Shown here one piece after another: positions 25,645 through 37,799 of a stretch of 64,000 nucleotides of DNA. This DNA is from Hydrolagus colliei (lineage: Eukaryota): NCBI GenBank assembly GCA_035084275.1, contig CM068752.1, forward strand, positions 7,068,001 through 7,132,000. Direction: 5' to 3'. Each line of letters starts with the position of its first letter. The first letter of the stretch is position 1. Position numbers and translations under genes: made by a program. Below the pieces are notes generated by a model. It was not told where the DNA came from, searched no databases, and saw only the letters and a list, made by a program, of their open reading frames with translations.

Positions 25645-26335
25645 ACAACTACAACAACTTCGATTTATATAGCGCCCTCTACGGCGGACGGCATCTCAGA
25701 GCGCTTCACAATAACGGAACCCGGGGGCGAGCCAGGGGCAGGGGGGAAACGTGACCAAAGGCGCGGTTGAAGAGAAAGGTCTTTAGCTGGGCCTGAAACT
25801 GGGAAGGGAGAGGGAGAGGCGAAGGGAGTGAGGAAGGGAGTGAGGAAGGGAGTTCCAAAGCCTCGGAGAGTAGTGGCTGAAGGCAAGGCTGCCAATGGTG
25901 GAGCGGAGGATTCAGGGGACAAGGAGGAGGCCAGACCCGATGGAGCAAAGGCAACTGGTGCTGGTTTGAGGAATTATTATTAGGTGTGTGGAGTAAGGCA
26001 ACTTGTGCAAGGTTCACTCACGCTCTGAGACGCCGTCCGGCGTGGAGGGAGCTACATAAATCAAAATTGTTGTTGTTGTTATGAATGTGTGTATGAGAGT
26101 TTTGGTAGCCTACGGTGTGAGATGGTGGCAGAGCTGGGTGATGTTGTGGAGGTGGAGGAAAACAGAGTTGGTTATGGCTTGGATGTAGGGTAGAAAGGAT
26201 ACTTCAGGGTCAAATAAGAAGCCCAAGGTTCAAGACTGTCTCAGTGAGTTGGAGTGTGCATCCTTGGGTGGTAATACTGTCAGCACCTGAGGTGTGGAGC
26301 TGCTGATGGCAGGAAACCAGAGGCCCTTGGTCCTC
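25645..26335 (-). mobile_element. cluster of L2 fragments with an intervening SINE piece
   Basis: CpG-rich, probably young L2 3' end at 25645-25945 (-), SINE piece at 25965-26015, opposite-strand tail at 26018-26080, ORF2 remnant to about 26335. Confidence 0.75.
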
Positions 26336-27184
26336 TGAACGTGGCATTGAGAGCTGCAATGGAGGTAATCAGGACACTACAAGCAAAATAATGTTGCTCC
26401 AAGCAATAGATGCCACGAACGCAACAATCACTGTTTCACAACTTCAGTCTCACTATTTCACAACTTCAGTCTTTTTATTCAGAGGTCACTGGCAGGTCAG
26501 GAATCGTCTTGCCTCCTAGCCCTATGGCTGGATAGTTCTCTTATCTTTGACGCCATCTTGACATTGAAAACAAATTATCTGGTTTCTCAGTGGCTGGGAT
26601 TCTAACTCTGAAGTTACTTTGATGCGGACAGACAGCACGTGCCTTTTATTTCTCATAAAAACACTGAGATCCCAACAAAAATCTGATTAGAATAGTATCA
26701 GTGCAGAGGTTAAACTCATTCACTGAACAATTTTATCCCAAGTACTTTTTAATTAGATGGTGATAAATTGAAATTAAGCGAATCTTTTAATCGCCGCTGA
26801 TAATAAAGGTGCTTTTTCTGGTAATGTCTCTGGAGGTTAATGAGTTTTATATAATATAGATACAAACTTTTTTGTACTGGGGTCTCTATCTGTTGCTCAG
26901 AGGAATGGGAGAATATTCCTTTTGCGGTGTTACTTTTTCACACACCTGAGATTGGTGCACTTTTTATTATAAACCTTTTAAAATTAATTTGAACTGAACG
27001 TATTTCATGATAAAAGTGAGTTTTTATATAATCCATTTGATATTATGATGTAAAGATTATTAGTGTAAAACATTTTGTAGTTAAGCAAAAAGATAATGCT
27101 TTGTAACATTAGTTCTGTATGATAATTTTTTAACTGACCGATGGCTTGATATGGTCCTGGCAATGAGGATGACACATAACACGA

Positions 27185-27430
27185 TAATAATAATAATCCT
27201 TGCATTTGATCTAGCGCTCTCCTAGATGTCACAAAGCGCTTCACAGAATAGAGTATACAGTAAAGTGAATTGATTGTATATTTGTGGGCAAAAGGCAGCA
27301 ACAACTGCGCACAACAATGTCCCACAAATAGTCATGGATTTTCAAGGGATTTTTATTAGGTGTGTGGAGTAAGGAAACTTGCCAAGAATGAAAAATCCAG
27401 GTCTCCCACTTGTAAGGTGAGTGCTCTTTT
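27185..27430 (-). mobile_element. tRNA-derived SINE
   Basis: Family tail and body. Confidence 0.8.
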
Positions 27431-27446
27431 CACGAATGCTGCCAGG

Positions 27447-28580
27447 CAACAGCAACAACAGTTTGCATTTATATTGCACTCTTTCATGCAGAGGAGGGAA
27501 GGGGAAGAGGGAGGTGGTTGTGGGCACAGTCAAATAGATAGATTTTTAGGCTGATTTTGAAGTGAGGGGAAGCAAACCGGTGTGGTTGAGGGAGTTTCAG
27601 ATGGAGTGGTGAGGGACATGCAAAGATTGTCGAGAGTAGTGGGTGGGTAGGAAAGTGAGGCTGAAGAAGATTACAGAGTAACAAAAAGTCTGCCAACACA
27701 AAAATTTTAAGTCAGGAGCCAGGGAGAAAGTAGAGTTTGGTAGGGACGGCGGTGATGAATAAACAAAGATTAAAGCAGCAGGTAATAATGTGGGTAACAG
27801 AGTTTTGGATGAGCTGGAGCTTCTAGATGGTAGAGCTGGGGAAAAGACAAGGAGTGCATTGAATTATAAAGGCATCAATGAGGATATTAGCAGCAATGTG
27901 TGTGGGATAGGGAAGGAAGTGGGTAACTGCCTTGGGCAGGGAAGAAGGAATAGAAGCTGATGGTTAAACTAAATGCTAAGACTATACAGTGAGAGACTGA
28001 TGGAGTAGTGGGGGGCATCCAGAAGAAATAATAATAATAATTCTGATATTTGATATTAAGTGCTTTATCAAGCCTTTGAGATGTCTCAAAGCACTTCACA
28101 GAATATACTGTAAAGTGCATTGACTATTTTTTGCAGGCAAAAAAGCAAGGAAATATTGATGAGATTTGAGGAGGGTGGCTTCTTGATTGTCCATATTCAG
28201 CTGAAGAAAGTTTAGGCTCATTAAGGCAGTTGATGGACCTGAAATTAAGGATGAGAGTAGAGAAACATGTTTGGATGTCATCTGCATACGTATGAAAATG
28301 TAATCTTTGAGGATAAAAGTCACCAAAGGGATGAGGAAGAGGATGGGACCACAGATGATTGAGACGAGAACCCATTTAAGGAAACAAAGTGCTGATGATG
28401 GGTCAAGTTGGATTGGAAATAGAAAAGTTTGGATGCATAGATGTAGATGAGAGAGAGGAGATTCCGTGTTCAACAGTGTTCAAAACCACAGAGAGACTCG
28501 AAGGATTAACTGGGAAAACAACAACAATAAATTACATTTCTATAGCACCTTTAACTTCGGGAAAATGTCTAAAGGTGCTA
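27447..28580 (-). mobile_element. old L2 LINE fragments with nested SINE
   Basis: HFHTYADDIQ motif in ORF 28124..28375 (-); SINE tail at 28027-28140. Confidence 0.7.
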
Positions 28581-28859
28581 GACAAACCTGGGAACCATTA
28601 AATGGGGCTTCTTACTGGATCCATTAATTCCAGTACATTTCATAGTCATCGCTTGTCGCTGTGAAAATCACTGGAGAGATCAGCCATCTCATTGACAAAG
28701 CAAACAGAGTAAGATCATGACATCAATACAAGTTCCATTGCCATCTTTCAGGGAAATGTGGACTGGAACTTGGAAAGAATAATGCAATGTAATCTTCTGT
28801 TGAGTGTGTTGTGCTTGTGCTTCTCATTTTATACAGCCACGTTTGCATTACCAGTCCCT

Positions 28860-29215
28860 CAAGAGAAAAAGAAATTGGCCACTTCAACCCACGACTGTTT
28901 GTGGGATACTGCTGTGTGCAATTGGCTGCCACATTTCGCCCACAAATATACAGTCAATTCACTTTACAGCATATTCTGTGAAGCACTTTGAGACGTCTAG
29001 AAGATGTGAAATCAAATGCAAGGATTATTATTATCATTATAATCCCCACTTCAGGACTTGGAAATTATGTTTCAATGCAGTGTTTCATTTGGACTGTTCA
29101 ATTGCATTTCAGTGCTGTGTATACAACAACAAACAAACAAACAAACAAAACTTACATTTATATAGCGCCTTTCACGTCGAGAGGACATCCCAAGGCGCTG
29201 TACAGTCAGGTAGGA
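28860..29215 (+). mobile_element. SINE 3' half (+) followed by an L2 tail (-)
   Basis: SINE body at 28860-29040; (caaa)n cttacatttatatagcgcctttcacgtcgagaggacatcccaaggcgctg at 29125-29200. Confidence 0.8.
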
Positions 29216-30811
29216 CAAGAGCAGGGTGGGAAGGATCAGGGCAGGATAAAGCATAGTAGGAAAAGTAACTGTATATTAGTGGGCGAAACGCGGCAGCCAA
29301 ATTGCACACAGCAATTCCAAGGTTGTTTTCTCATGCTATGTGTTCTCTGGGCCTGGTGGTAGCTCTTATGTCTGACATTGTCTCCAACATCATGAATCAG
29401 AAAACATTCTTAGCTTTTTGAACCTTTTCACTGTTTTTAATTTGAAAACCTTAAATAAGCATTATTTGTGAAAATCAGTGTCACTAGTTAAATTGATTTC
29501 TGATGTACACTTAATTTCAACAACAAAAAAACATGATAACTTTGCAACAGTTTGTTTTACATTAAAGAGAGGCTTAGTCTGGGTCTGCATTACTTTACTT
29601 CCATTAAGAACATTAAAGGCTAAATAATTAAATATCCAATAGGTGTATGTTCTGAGTGCTGTTTTGCTGCTATTTAAAGTAGCTCATTAACATATATACA
29701 AGTCAGACATTTCCCATAATTGGCTAATCCAACTTTGCTGTGAATTTAACCACTGCACTCTGACTTTTTAATGTCAAATGGGTATTTTGTTTGGCTCCAT
29801 GCTGTCTACCAGGCTGGTCGTGTTAACCCTTTGTTTGCTCGATACATCCATAAGGACTGATAAGAGGGAGACTCCTAGATCTTAGATAAACAAGCTGGTG
29901 ATTGAACTGAAAAGCAGCCTGCAATTCACTCAGCAATGTGAGATTCTTGTAGGAAAACTGATTTCACACATAATTGTATTCCCTTAATCAAGAGCACAAG
30001 TGGAATCTTGTTATCTGTTATTGTGGAATGAAGAAATAAATTGCTTCTAATCAGACTTTCAGATTACAACAATGTCTGTCCCATGTCTGGGTTACTTGGA
30101 ATGTACAGTATTTGATTGCTTGGGAGGTTCATATTTGTTGGTCTCACTCTATTTACATCACAGGAATATTCATATTGAATGTTAGTTTCTTTATATTAAT
30201 AAATTGCATTATTAGTTAGAAAGGGAATTATCTCAAGTCTATCTTTCTAAATATTTGTGAAAAGTCAAACTGATAAACTTAGCGGTATTGAACATAAGGA
30301 TATTCTGTCGTAACTTGTATATTATCGCCCTTGTGTGCATCATATGCAAATAGGTATTCTCAAATGCCATTGATCAAAAGGAATGCATTGGGTCTAATCA
30401 ACACGTTCTCGTGATAAGGTTCTGAATATGAATTGTAATTATGTAGTTTTTTGCACAATAAACTTTGTTAATATTTTTATTATTAATATCATTATCTCAG
30501 AAACATGCATGAAGTGAATTGACCAATGTTTTCTGGGGGATATTTGATGAATTAGTTAACCACTCGCCAACCCAAATTTTACTTTGTTGAAAGGAATTGG
30601 AACAGAAATTTGCAGTATATTGCCACAATTAGCAAACACTGGATTGTCATATTTTTCTGCATTGGGAGGAATGTGAAGTGCTTTGAGGTGTCCTCCCAAA
30701 GTGAAAAGCATGAAAGCAAATGTAAAGATTAGTAACGATTATAATACATACACAACATATAGAAAAGGGAGCACTGCACTTACACACACAGCTACACTTA
30801 TATACACTACA

Positions 30812-31156
30812 TAGGGTCCGGCGATATATTGATATATCAGTTATATCCGATATAATTTTCATATTGATATGCCAATATTGGAATGTTTTAAATATTTATA
30901 TATCAAAAAATTCTATATATAAAAAAAATTGATATATCATAAATATCGATATATCGTGTCCTGCAATATATCGATATATCGGTATATATTGGTATAATGC
31001 AGACTTTTTCAACTTACCTTGTCGATATCCGAATGCACGCGCACACCGGAATGCGCGTGCACATGCGCAGGACAAACAAAAACGCAATATTGATATATTG
31101 AGATATGGGCAAACCGATGTTTCAATATTGGAAAATTTCCATATCGATGGACCCTA
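30812..31156. mobile_element. hAT-like MITE
   Basis: Termini tagggtccggcgatat ... atatcgatggacccta; exact 8-bp TSD acactaca at 30804-30811 and 31157-31164; many subterminal CGATAT/ATATCG motifs. Confidence 0.9.
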
Positions 31157-31868
31157 ACACTACACATAAAACTATAGTGGTGAATTGTGTACTGTACTTT
31201 GTTAGTGAATGCAGTAGCCAACTTGGACATCGCAGTATCTCAGAAACAGTCATAAAGTGAACTGACCAATATTTTCTGGGGAATTGTTGGCTAGGACATC
31301 AAGTAAATCTTCCTTATCCTTTTGAATAATGCTATGACATATTTTAACACTCATTTGAACAGGCTTATAGGACTTGGTAGGTTAATATTCCATCAGAAGA
31401 AATGTACCATGTCAAAGCAGCACCATCCTAACACTGAGGTGAAAGATCTACAGACTGAGCCAGGCTAACCAAGTTTAACTGTCTTGCTGTTAAACAAGGG
31501 ATGCCCCCACCTGCTTACTGTACAGAATCTGTAAGTGTGAACCCCTCCCATGATATTTCTAAAATGCTCCTCATTGATCTCCCTGGCCTTGCCCTATGAA
31601 ATCCAATTTTATCCAGACTTCTACAACACTTTGAGATACTTCTCCATCAGCCCGTTGTTCCCAAGCTTCACTGGCTCCCTGTTCCCTGCTGACCGAATTC
31701 AAGATCCCTCATTCTAACTGTCAAATACCCTTGGTCTGGTTTCCCTTTCATTCCTCTAAATTCTTTTGAGATGTTAGATTGTGAATATGTAAAACGTGCT
31801 ACATAGGTGGATCAGATGCTGTCAGTGCTCGGTATCTGCATAATCTCTGCTCTGCCATGTGTATGGTG

Positions 31869-32222
31869 GGGTCCTGTAGCTCAGTGGTTAGAGCACTAGC
31901 ATTGCAAACGAGAGACAACAACAACAAATTACATTTATAGAGCCCCTTTCAGGGCGCAAGACCTGGATTTGATTCTCCACAGGGCGAAACCTTGGGATAA
32001 CTTTCCTTACTCCACACATGCCTGATAATAATCCCTTAAAAGAAAAAATAATAAAATGGGTCACTTCAATCCATGAATGTTTGTGGTACACTGCTGTGTG
32101 CAATTAGCTGCCACGTTTCCCACGAAATATACAGTCAATTCACGTTACAGTGTGTGCTGTGAAGTGCTTTTGAGACTCAAGAAAAGATGAAAAGTGCTAT
32201 ATGAACTGCAAGGGTTATTGTT
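31869..32222 (+). mobile_element. tRNA-derived SINE with an L2 tail inserted in its head
   Basis: gggtcctgtagctcagtggttagagcac; insert at about 31915-31958; family body and tail. Confidence 0.85.
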
Positions 32223-32984
32223 GGGATTATTATATATTATATATATATATATTCATATATGTCTGAAACTAGTGCTACAAACAGTGCTGTGTTCCAAACA
32301 AAAAAATTGTGTTCATTAGTGTAAACTCAAATAGTGAATATATGATCATGTAAAACCACATTCAGATATCAAGTCTGAATTGAGTTTTTATCAAAAAATT
32401 GTATTTAAATTACATCTTTTGCATCAGGAGCATAAAAGTACTTTGTAAGTGATCCATGAAGGGTGCTCTATAAATGAGAGTTGTTGTTATTGTCCCAAAG
32501 TGTTTGGGAAAGTGATAGAGAAGTTGATGAAATCCTAAATATACTGAACTGGTGTGAATGCCTTAAGGTAGACATATATTGCCACACGTATTAAACAGAA
32601 CTGGGCTTGAATCCCAGAACCAGGAGTATTTGGAGATATTCCAAGGTAGCCTGACAGCATAGTGACAGATGTTTGCAACAACACACCAATGTACATTCTC
32701 TTCCATTTAAAGTTGTAGTATTTGTTTGTGTTCTTTATGTGCTGTCAATAATATGTATGGCCAAATTTTGAATTTTGGCTTTGCTGTCTGTCCATGGCCC
32801 ACAACTAGAGAGGTCTGGTCGATGTGGAATATTCCTGCGGGAGAATCAATAACTGAGCAGTTTTGGATGAAGAGAGAGAGAGAGCACGTGTGTAATTCGG
32901 TGACACTTTAGGCAGAATAATAGAAATATTCATGAAAAGGGAAAGTATTCAAAGAAAATTTATTTCCTTGACTTTCAACAGCCA

Positions 32985-33208
32985 AACAATAATCTCTCCC
33001 CGAAAAACCCACAATAATAAAAATTGATCATTTTCAATCCACGACCGTTTGTGGGGGAACGCTGCTGTGTGCAATCGGCTGCGCCGTTTCACCCACAAAT
33101 ATACAGTCAGTTCACTTTACAGTACATCCTGTGAAGCGCTTTGAGACGTCAATAAGACGTGGAAATCGCTATGTCAAATGCAAGGATTATTATTATTTAT
33201 TATTATTA
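32985..33208 (+). mobile_element. SINE 3' half
   Basis: Family body, tail (tta)n. Confidence 0.8.
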
Positions 33209-35287
33209 AATGTAAATATGAAGAGACCACACTGTCTTACACCATTGCTGCTGTCACTGATTGGCCCTTTTGTAAATCCCCCGATGGCACCAGCTGAGCT
33301 GAAGGAGAAGGCTCCCCCCCCCCCCCCCCCCCCCAGGGGATTGTAGCCCCTCCCACAGCAGAATTCCTGTTGTGTGATTGGGTGAACAGTGATTTGGGAG
33401 CTGCACCTTGTTGCTGGTGATTGGGCGCTGGTTCCATCACGTGCCACACGATCCCTGGTCTCAGATGGTTGTGGCGGTGATTGCCCTGAACCCCTACAAT
33501 GTGGCGATAACACAACATAGAAACACAAAGCCCCTTCACCCCCGGCTCTGGCCAAGTGTTTACTTTGTCCGAATATGTGGCAGATGGGGAGAGGTTGGGG
33601 CTGCGCTATACAAGGTGTAAGCGCTCTGGGGCGCTATCCTGGCTGAGAGGAGCTATATGACTTGTGTGCTGTGCTGGGGGCTTGCCCTGGTCTCCGGAAA
33701 GTCCCGCCTGGGCATTGGTTTAAACAGAAACAGCGCCCACGGTGTGTTCTGTGCTTTAAATTGTTTCTCTCCTCGACTCGAGTTCAAACGCGTTTGGTTT
33801 TAAGTTTTTAAAGCGATTTTTAATTCCATGAACCGTGGCGGGAATGGGATACAGGATTCGGGAGCGGATCCGGGTTTGCTGACGTTCGGCGAGAGATGTG
33901 ACGGGGTTTCATTCTCTAAAGGTGGATATTAATTACCGCGTTGTTCACGGGTTTAAACATTTATGATCAGCTTATATAAGAGTCTGTAACGGTTTCTAAG
34001 GGATGCCAGCCCACCTGAATCCCACCCCCCAGCCCAGTGTCACTGTAATACACACACACACACAATTTGGTGACAGCGATGAACATAAATAGTGTGAAGG
34101 CAGCTCAGGGGCTGTTGGATTTGCAATGTCAAGAACTGAAACCTGATGTCAGAAGCCATCCCAGCAGGTCCCAGAGAGGAGGGGAGACTTTGGGGGTTTT
34201 GACAGAATGCACATCTCGGTTACTTGGGAAACGGTCAAATCAGATCAAATCATCACTTAGAATATTACTGCTCCAGAACTGAGATTTAAAATTCGACGAA
34301 TAATTCCAACCAAATCGTCTCTAAAGCGACACGAGTTGTGGGTTTGAATTGAAGGTACAAACCGGCAGGGCTAGTGGTGCCGCATATATTTTCATTCCTA
34401 ATTATTTTGCGACACATCACCTGACGAATAAAACGATTAAATGCTGATTAATGATTAAATGTTGAAAGTCACAAATAGCCTGTGTTGTGATTTGGTGGCC
34501 AGCCATTCCGCCTTGTGAATAAACTTATAGATTCCAACAGTTCAAATGCAAACGTTGCTGTGGCTAGAATTGTAAGAAATTCAGCACAGGATAACGAGAA
34601 GGCTATATTTAATTGTGATTCGAGTGTTTTAAAGTCATTTCGCTGGATGGAGTATAAAGCACCATTAATCACTGAAGAGATACCAGGAATCAATTGTTTT
34701 AAGTTTTAATGTTTCTCGGCAGTTGTCCCCCTGATCCAGATGATATAATATCTCGGCATTTACAACAACACATTCGTTCGGGGGAAAGCAGCAAAGGTTG
34801 GAATCTGGTGACCACACGGATACAGTGCAGCAGCAGTGTAAGTAGTTTGTGAGTTTTACTAGAATGTAATGTCTATTTTTAAAAATATATAAACACCATA
34901 TTTAGCGTTATCCCATCTCTCCGCAGGTCCAACGGAGGTTATACTATCCCCCCCTCCCCTCCCGATTCACTAAAATGTCTTAAAATTTAAAATGTAAAAT
35001 TTGTATTCTTTTAAGAATTCAGATCCCAAGTTTTCAAATCTCTTCACCCTTATGGGATCTGGCGGAATTTCCCCTCCCAAGGCCACAACGTTCCTGGTCC
35101 TGGATCGATTCACACAACCGCTGAAGCGCCCCGAGACGCCGCCCGGTGTGAAGGGCGCTTTATAAATGCGAGTTGTTGTCGTTGTGGTTGTCGGTTGATG
35201 CCCGAATTAACGACACTTGGGGGTGTGGTCGGCTGTTACACCACGCTGCAAACAAAACTATAGATTGAAATTGTAAATTTAAAAACT

Positions 35288-35293
35288 TTTATT
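35288..35293 (-). terminator. HAND1 polyadenylation signal AATAAA
   Basis: tttatt on + about 550 nt beyond the HAND1 stop, followed on the - strand by T/GT-rich sequence. Confidence 0.65.
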
Positions 35294-35840
35294 TAAATAA
35301 AGTTTTCAATCGCGCGTCCACAATCTGCAACTTGGGCTTCGGAAGGAAATGGGGAGAAGGACGCAACATTCCCACAAGCCTTTGAAAGTCGCTGCTCATT
35401 ATCGCTGTTAAAATAGGTTACAGACGCTCTGGTAGATTATATGGGTGACCACAATCTCGATATAGCATTCGGATCAGTCAAATCATAAAAATGTGTGATT
35501 CCCTCCACTCCCATTGCTTTCTGTCAGAGAATTCCAATTACCGTGTATTCATTCCAATTTCAAGATCAAGATTTTGGGGGACAATTTTGTGCTAAGCCGG
35601 AGCTCCCCCCCCCCCCCCATGGCTTGTATAAATTGTGCACTTTTGACAAATTGCAGCACCAGTGAAAAAAATATTTCAAATGGTTATTTTTCCCTTTTCG
35701 CAGTCCTTAACTTAAGAGGATATAACATTGCACATAAATAGTCCTTGAAGTGGTTTTGATGCCCAGTCTGGAAACTTAGCACGTTCCTGGGATCAGGTCC
35801 AGTCCTTTTGAGTCTGAACAAAGTTGTGAAAGTTTGATTG

Positions 35841-35939
35841 TCACTGATTGAGCTCCAGAGCCCAGACCTGCTGTGGCCAGCCCGTCCGCCCTTTCATCTT
35901 CTTGTCACTGCCCCTAATGGAGCCGTTTACTATTTCATT
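35841..35939 (-). CDS. HAND1: HAND1 exon 2 CDS
   Basis: Acceptor ttttatacctAG (35941-35940). [32 protein letters not shown]; [12 protein letters not shown] is the HAND1-type C-terminus (HAND2 has WPQHVWALELKQ). Not in the ORF track. Confidence 0.95.
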   Translation of the reverse strand, partial: NEIVNGSIRGSDKKMKGRTGWPQQVWALELNQ

Positions 35940-37305
35940 CTAGGTATAAAAACAGAATAGTGTTTAAAGTGATTTCGGTACATTCATAAAGGATCCATAT
36001 AAAAGTCATATTTAAAACGTATTTGGTTGTTGTGTAAACAACTCCATTTCAAGTGAAATAACCCCGGTTGCCAATCTCACATTAGTTCCATTTCTTTTTG
36101 TACAAATGGAAGGAATGGAGGAGCAGAATTCTACATTAGGAGATTGCAAAATACTACCCACGAGGTACTTCCAATGGTGGAACGATTTGTTTAATATGTT
36201 TAAAAACAATAAACAAACTAATCTGGAAACGAAAGCAATTTGATATGAGAAGGTTTGGATTGTTTATTATGTTAATAACCTATTAAACAATCTGCATAAG
36301 TTGCTGTAGGATTAGTAATCAGCCAAATAGTGACTAAACTGAGAAATGGGTTCGGAGCGGGATCTCCGCATTGCTCGCTGTGATTTACTCGGATGAACAT
36401 TTCAGGAATGATAAGAATTATAACTATTGTGCGGTACAGAAAAAACAACAACAAAAGACTCATCAGATTCACAAACTGCCCTGAAATTCTCTCTGGACAA
36501 TTTGCAAGAAAAACGTAATACAGTCATTCCTGTTAACTTTCCATTCAATTGCGAAAATTATGCAATGTATTACATGCCAAGAACTAAAATCACATTGGTG
36601 CGAATTCATAAGTGTTAGAATTAAACGTTATACCCGCTCAACAAAAATGACACTCGTTCTTAATCCCATCATATAAATTTGCAGTAAATATCAACATCAG
36701 CATTCAAGACGCAGAATGTTTATTCGAGAATTTTCTACCAAATATATAACCTGTATCTGAAACCTTACAGAAAAATTGCAATAATCTTACATTGATAGTT
36801 TAAATGGCTTTACTCTTTCAATATGTGTCTTTCGGATTTTTTTTGAGATTGTAAATGTAGTCTAGATTCAAATATGGATATTTAGCAATTAGAAGCCGCC
36901 GGAATGATTAACTATTTGTGTTCCAAGATTTCTACAAACTATTATTAGTGTTTCAATCATTTGTTTCATTAATTGGGTTCAACTCCTCGATAATTGCTTC
37001 TGCCGTCCACATAAGTTTGATGACAATTGGAAATTTCAACATTTTGTTTAGCTTTACATTTATTTACCCGTTTTCAGAGGTTTGGCTATCCATTACTTAA
37101 ATCAATCTACTTTACGGCAAAGTTTTAACATAGGTTTCGTCGTTATGTGTTCACTGAAAAACATGTGTACACAATCGAAACGGATTTGACATCTAAAACG
37201 GTAAAACTTTATCCGATCAAAAGCTACAGAATCGACATAAACTAACTTCAATTTAATCAGTTAAAACGTTTGGCAAATTCTTTGATGTAAACAGTGGTCT
37301 TTTAC

Positions 37306-37797
37306 CATTTCTCGTTTGCGTTTCCCTTCCTTGGTGTCTATTTTCTTGAGATCTGCTTTGAAAGCCTCAGTTTCTCCATTCTGGGTGTCTTTCGCCAGAA
37401 GGTCCATGAGATAAGCGATGTAACTGGTCGCCAGTCTCAGCGTTTTGATTTTAGACAGTTTGGTATCTGCCGGGACATTCGGGATACATTCTCTCAACTC
37501 AGCGAACGCGCTGTTGATGCTCTCGGTCCGGCGTCTCTCCTTCTTCGGGATCGCGGTTCCTCGTCGCCTCCCCGGCCGATCTGCCACCGCCCCGAAGCGG
37601 CCTGGCTCCTGCGCCGCTCCACCGATCCCATAGTCCGGGCTGTAGGAGGGCTGTCCCGGGTAATCGGGAGACACCTCCCCCTGGTTTAACACCCAGCTTT
37701 GAAAGAAGGGATGTTCTTGGTGGCAGCGGCTGTTTGTGGCGAATGGGAAACCCTCGTGCATTAAAGGATGGTGTTGGAAACCTCCAACTAAACTCAT
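37306..37797 (-). CDS. HAND1: HAND1 bHLH transcription factor, exon 1 CDS
   Basis: ATG at 37797-37795. b[50 protein letters not shown]; RRRTES, SRCHQE and PKKE are HAND1-type. Donor ATG|GTaaaa at 37305. 164 codons. Confidence 0.93.
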
Positions 37798-37799
37798 GG

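Noticed and set aside
28758-29362. Cluster of ORFs up to 150 aa, and similar SVKRFETSRR.../NARIIII peptides across the window
   Set aside because: Translations of the SINE body and tail, not genes.
33313-33333. Long poly-C runs (also near 35604, 38575, 41906, 42925 and 43733) giving poly-Pro/Gly ORFs
   Set aside because: Homopolymers of uncertain length with no coding evidence.
35365-35371. ACATTCC (miR-1 seed match) in the HAND1 3' UTR region
   Set aside because: It is on the + strand; the HAND1 mRNA carries the complement, so it is not a target site.
37261-37305. C-terminal [14 protein letters not shown] of the 178-aa ORF
   Set aside because: Read-through into the intron; the true C-terminus is in exon 35939-35841.
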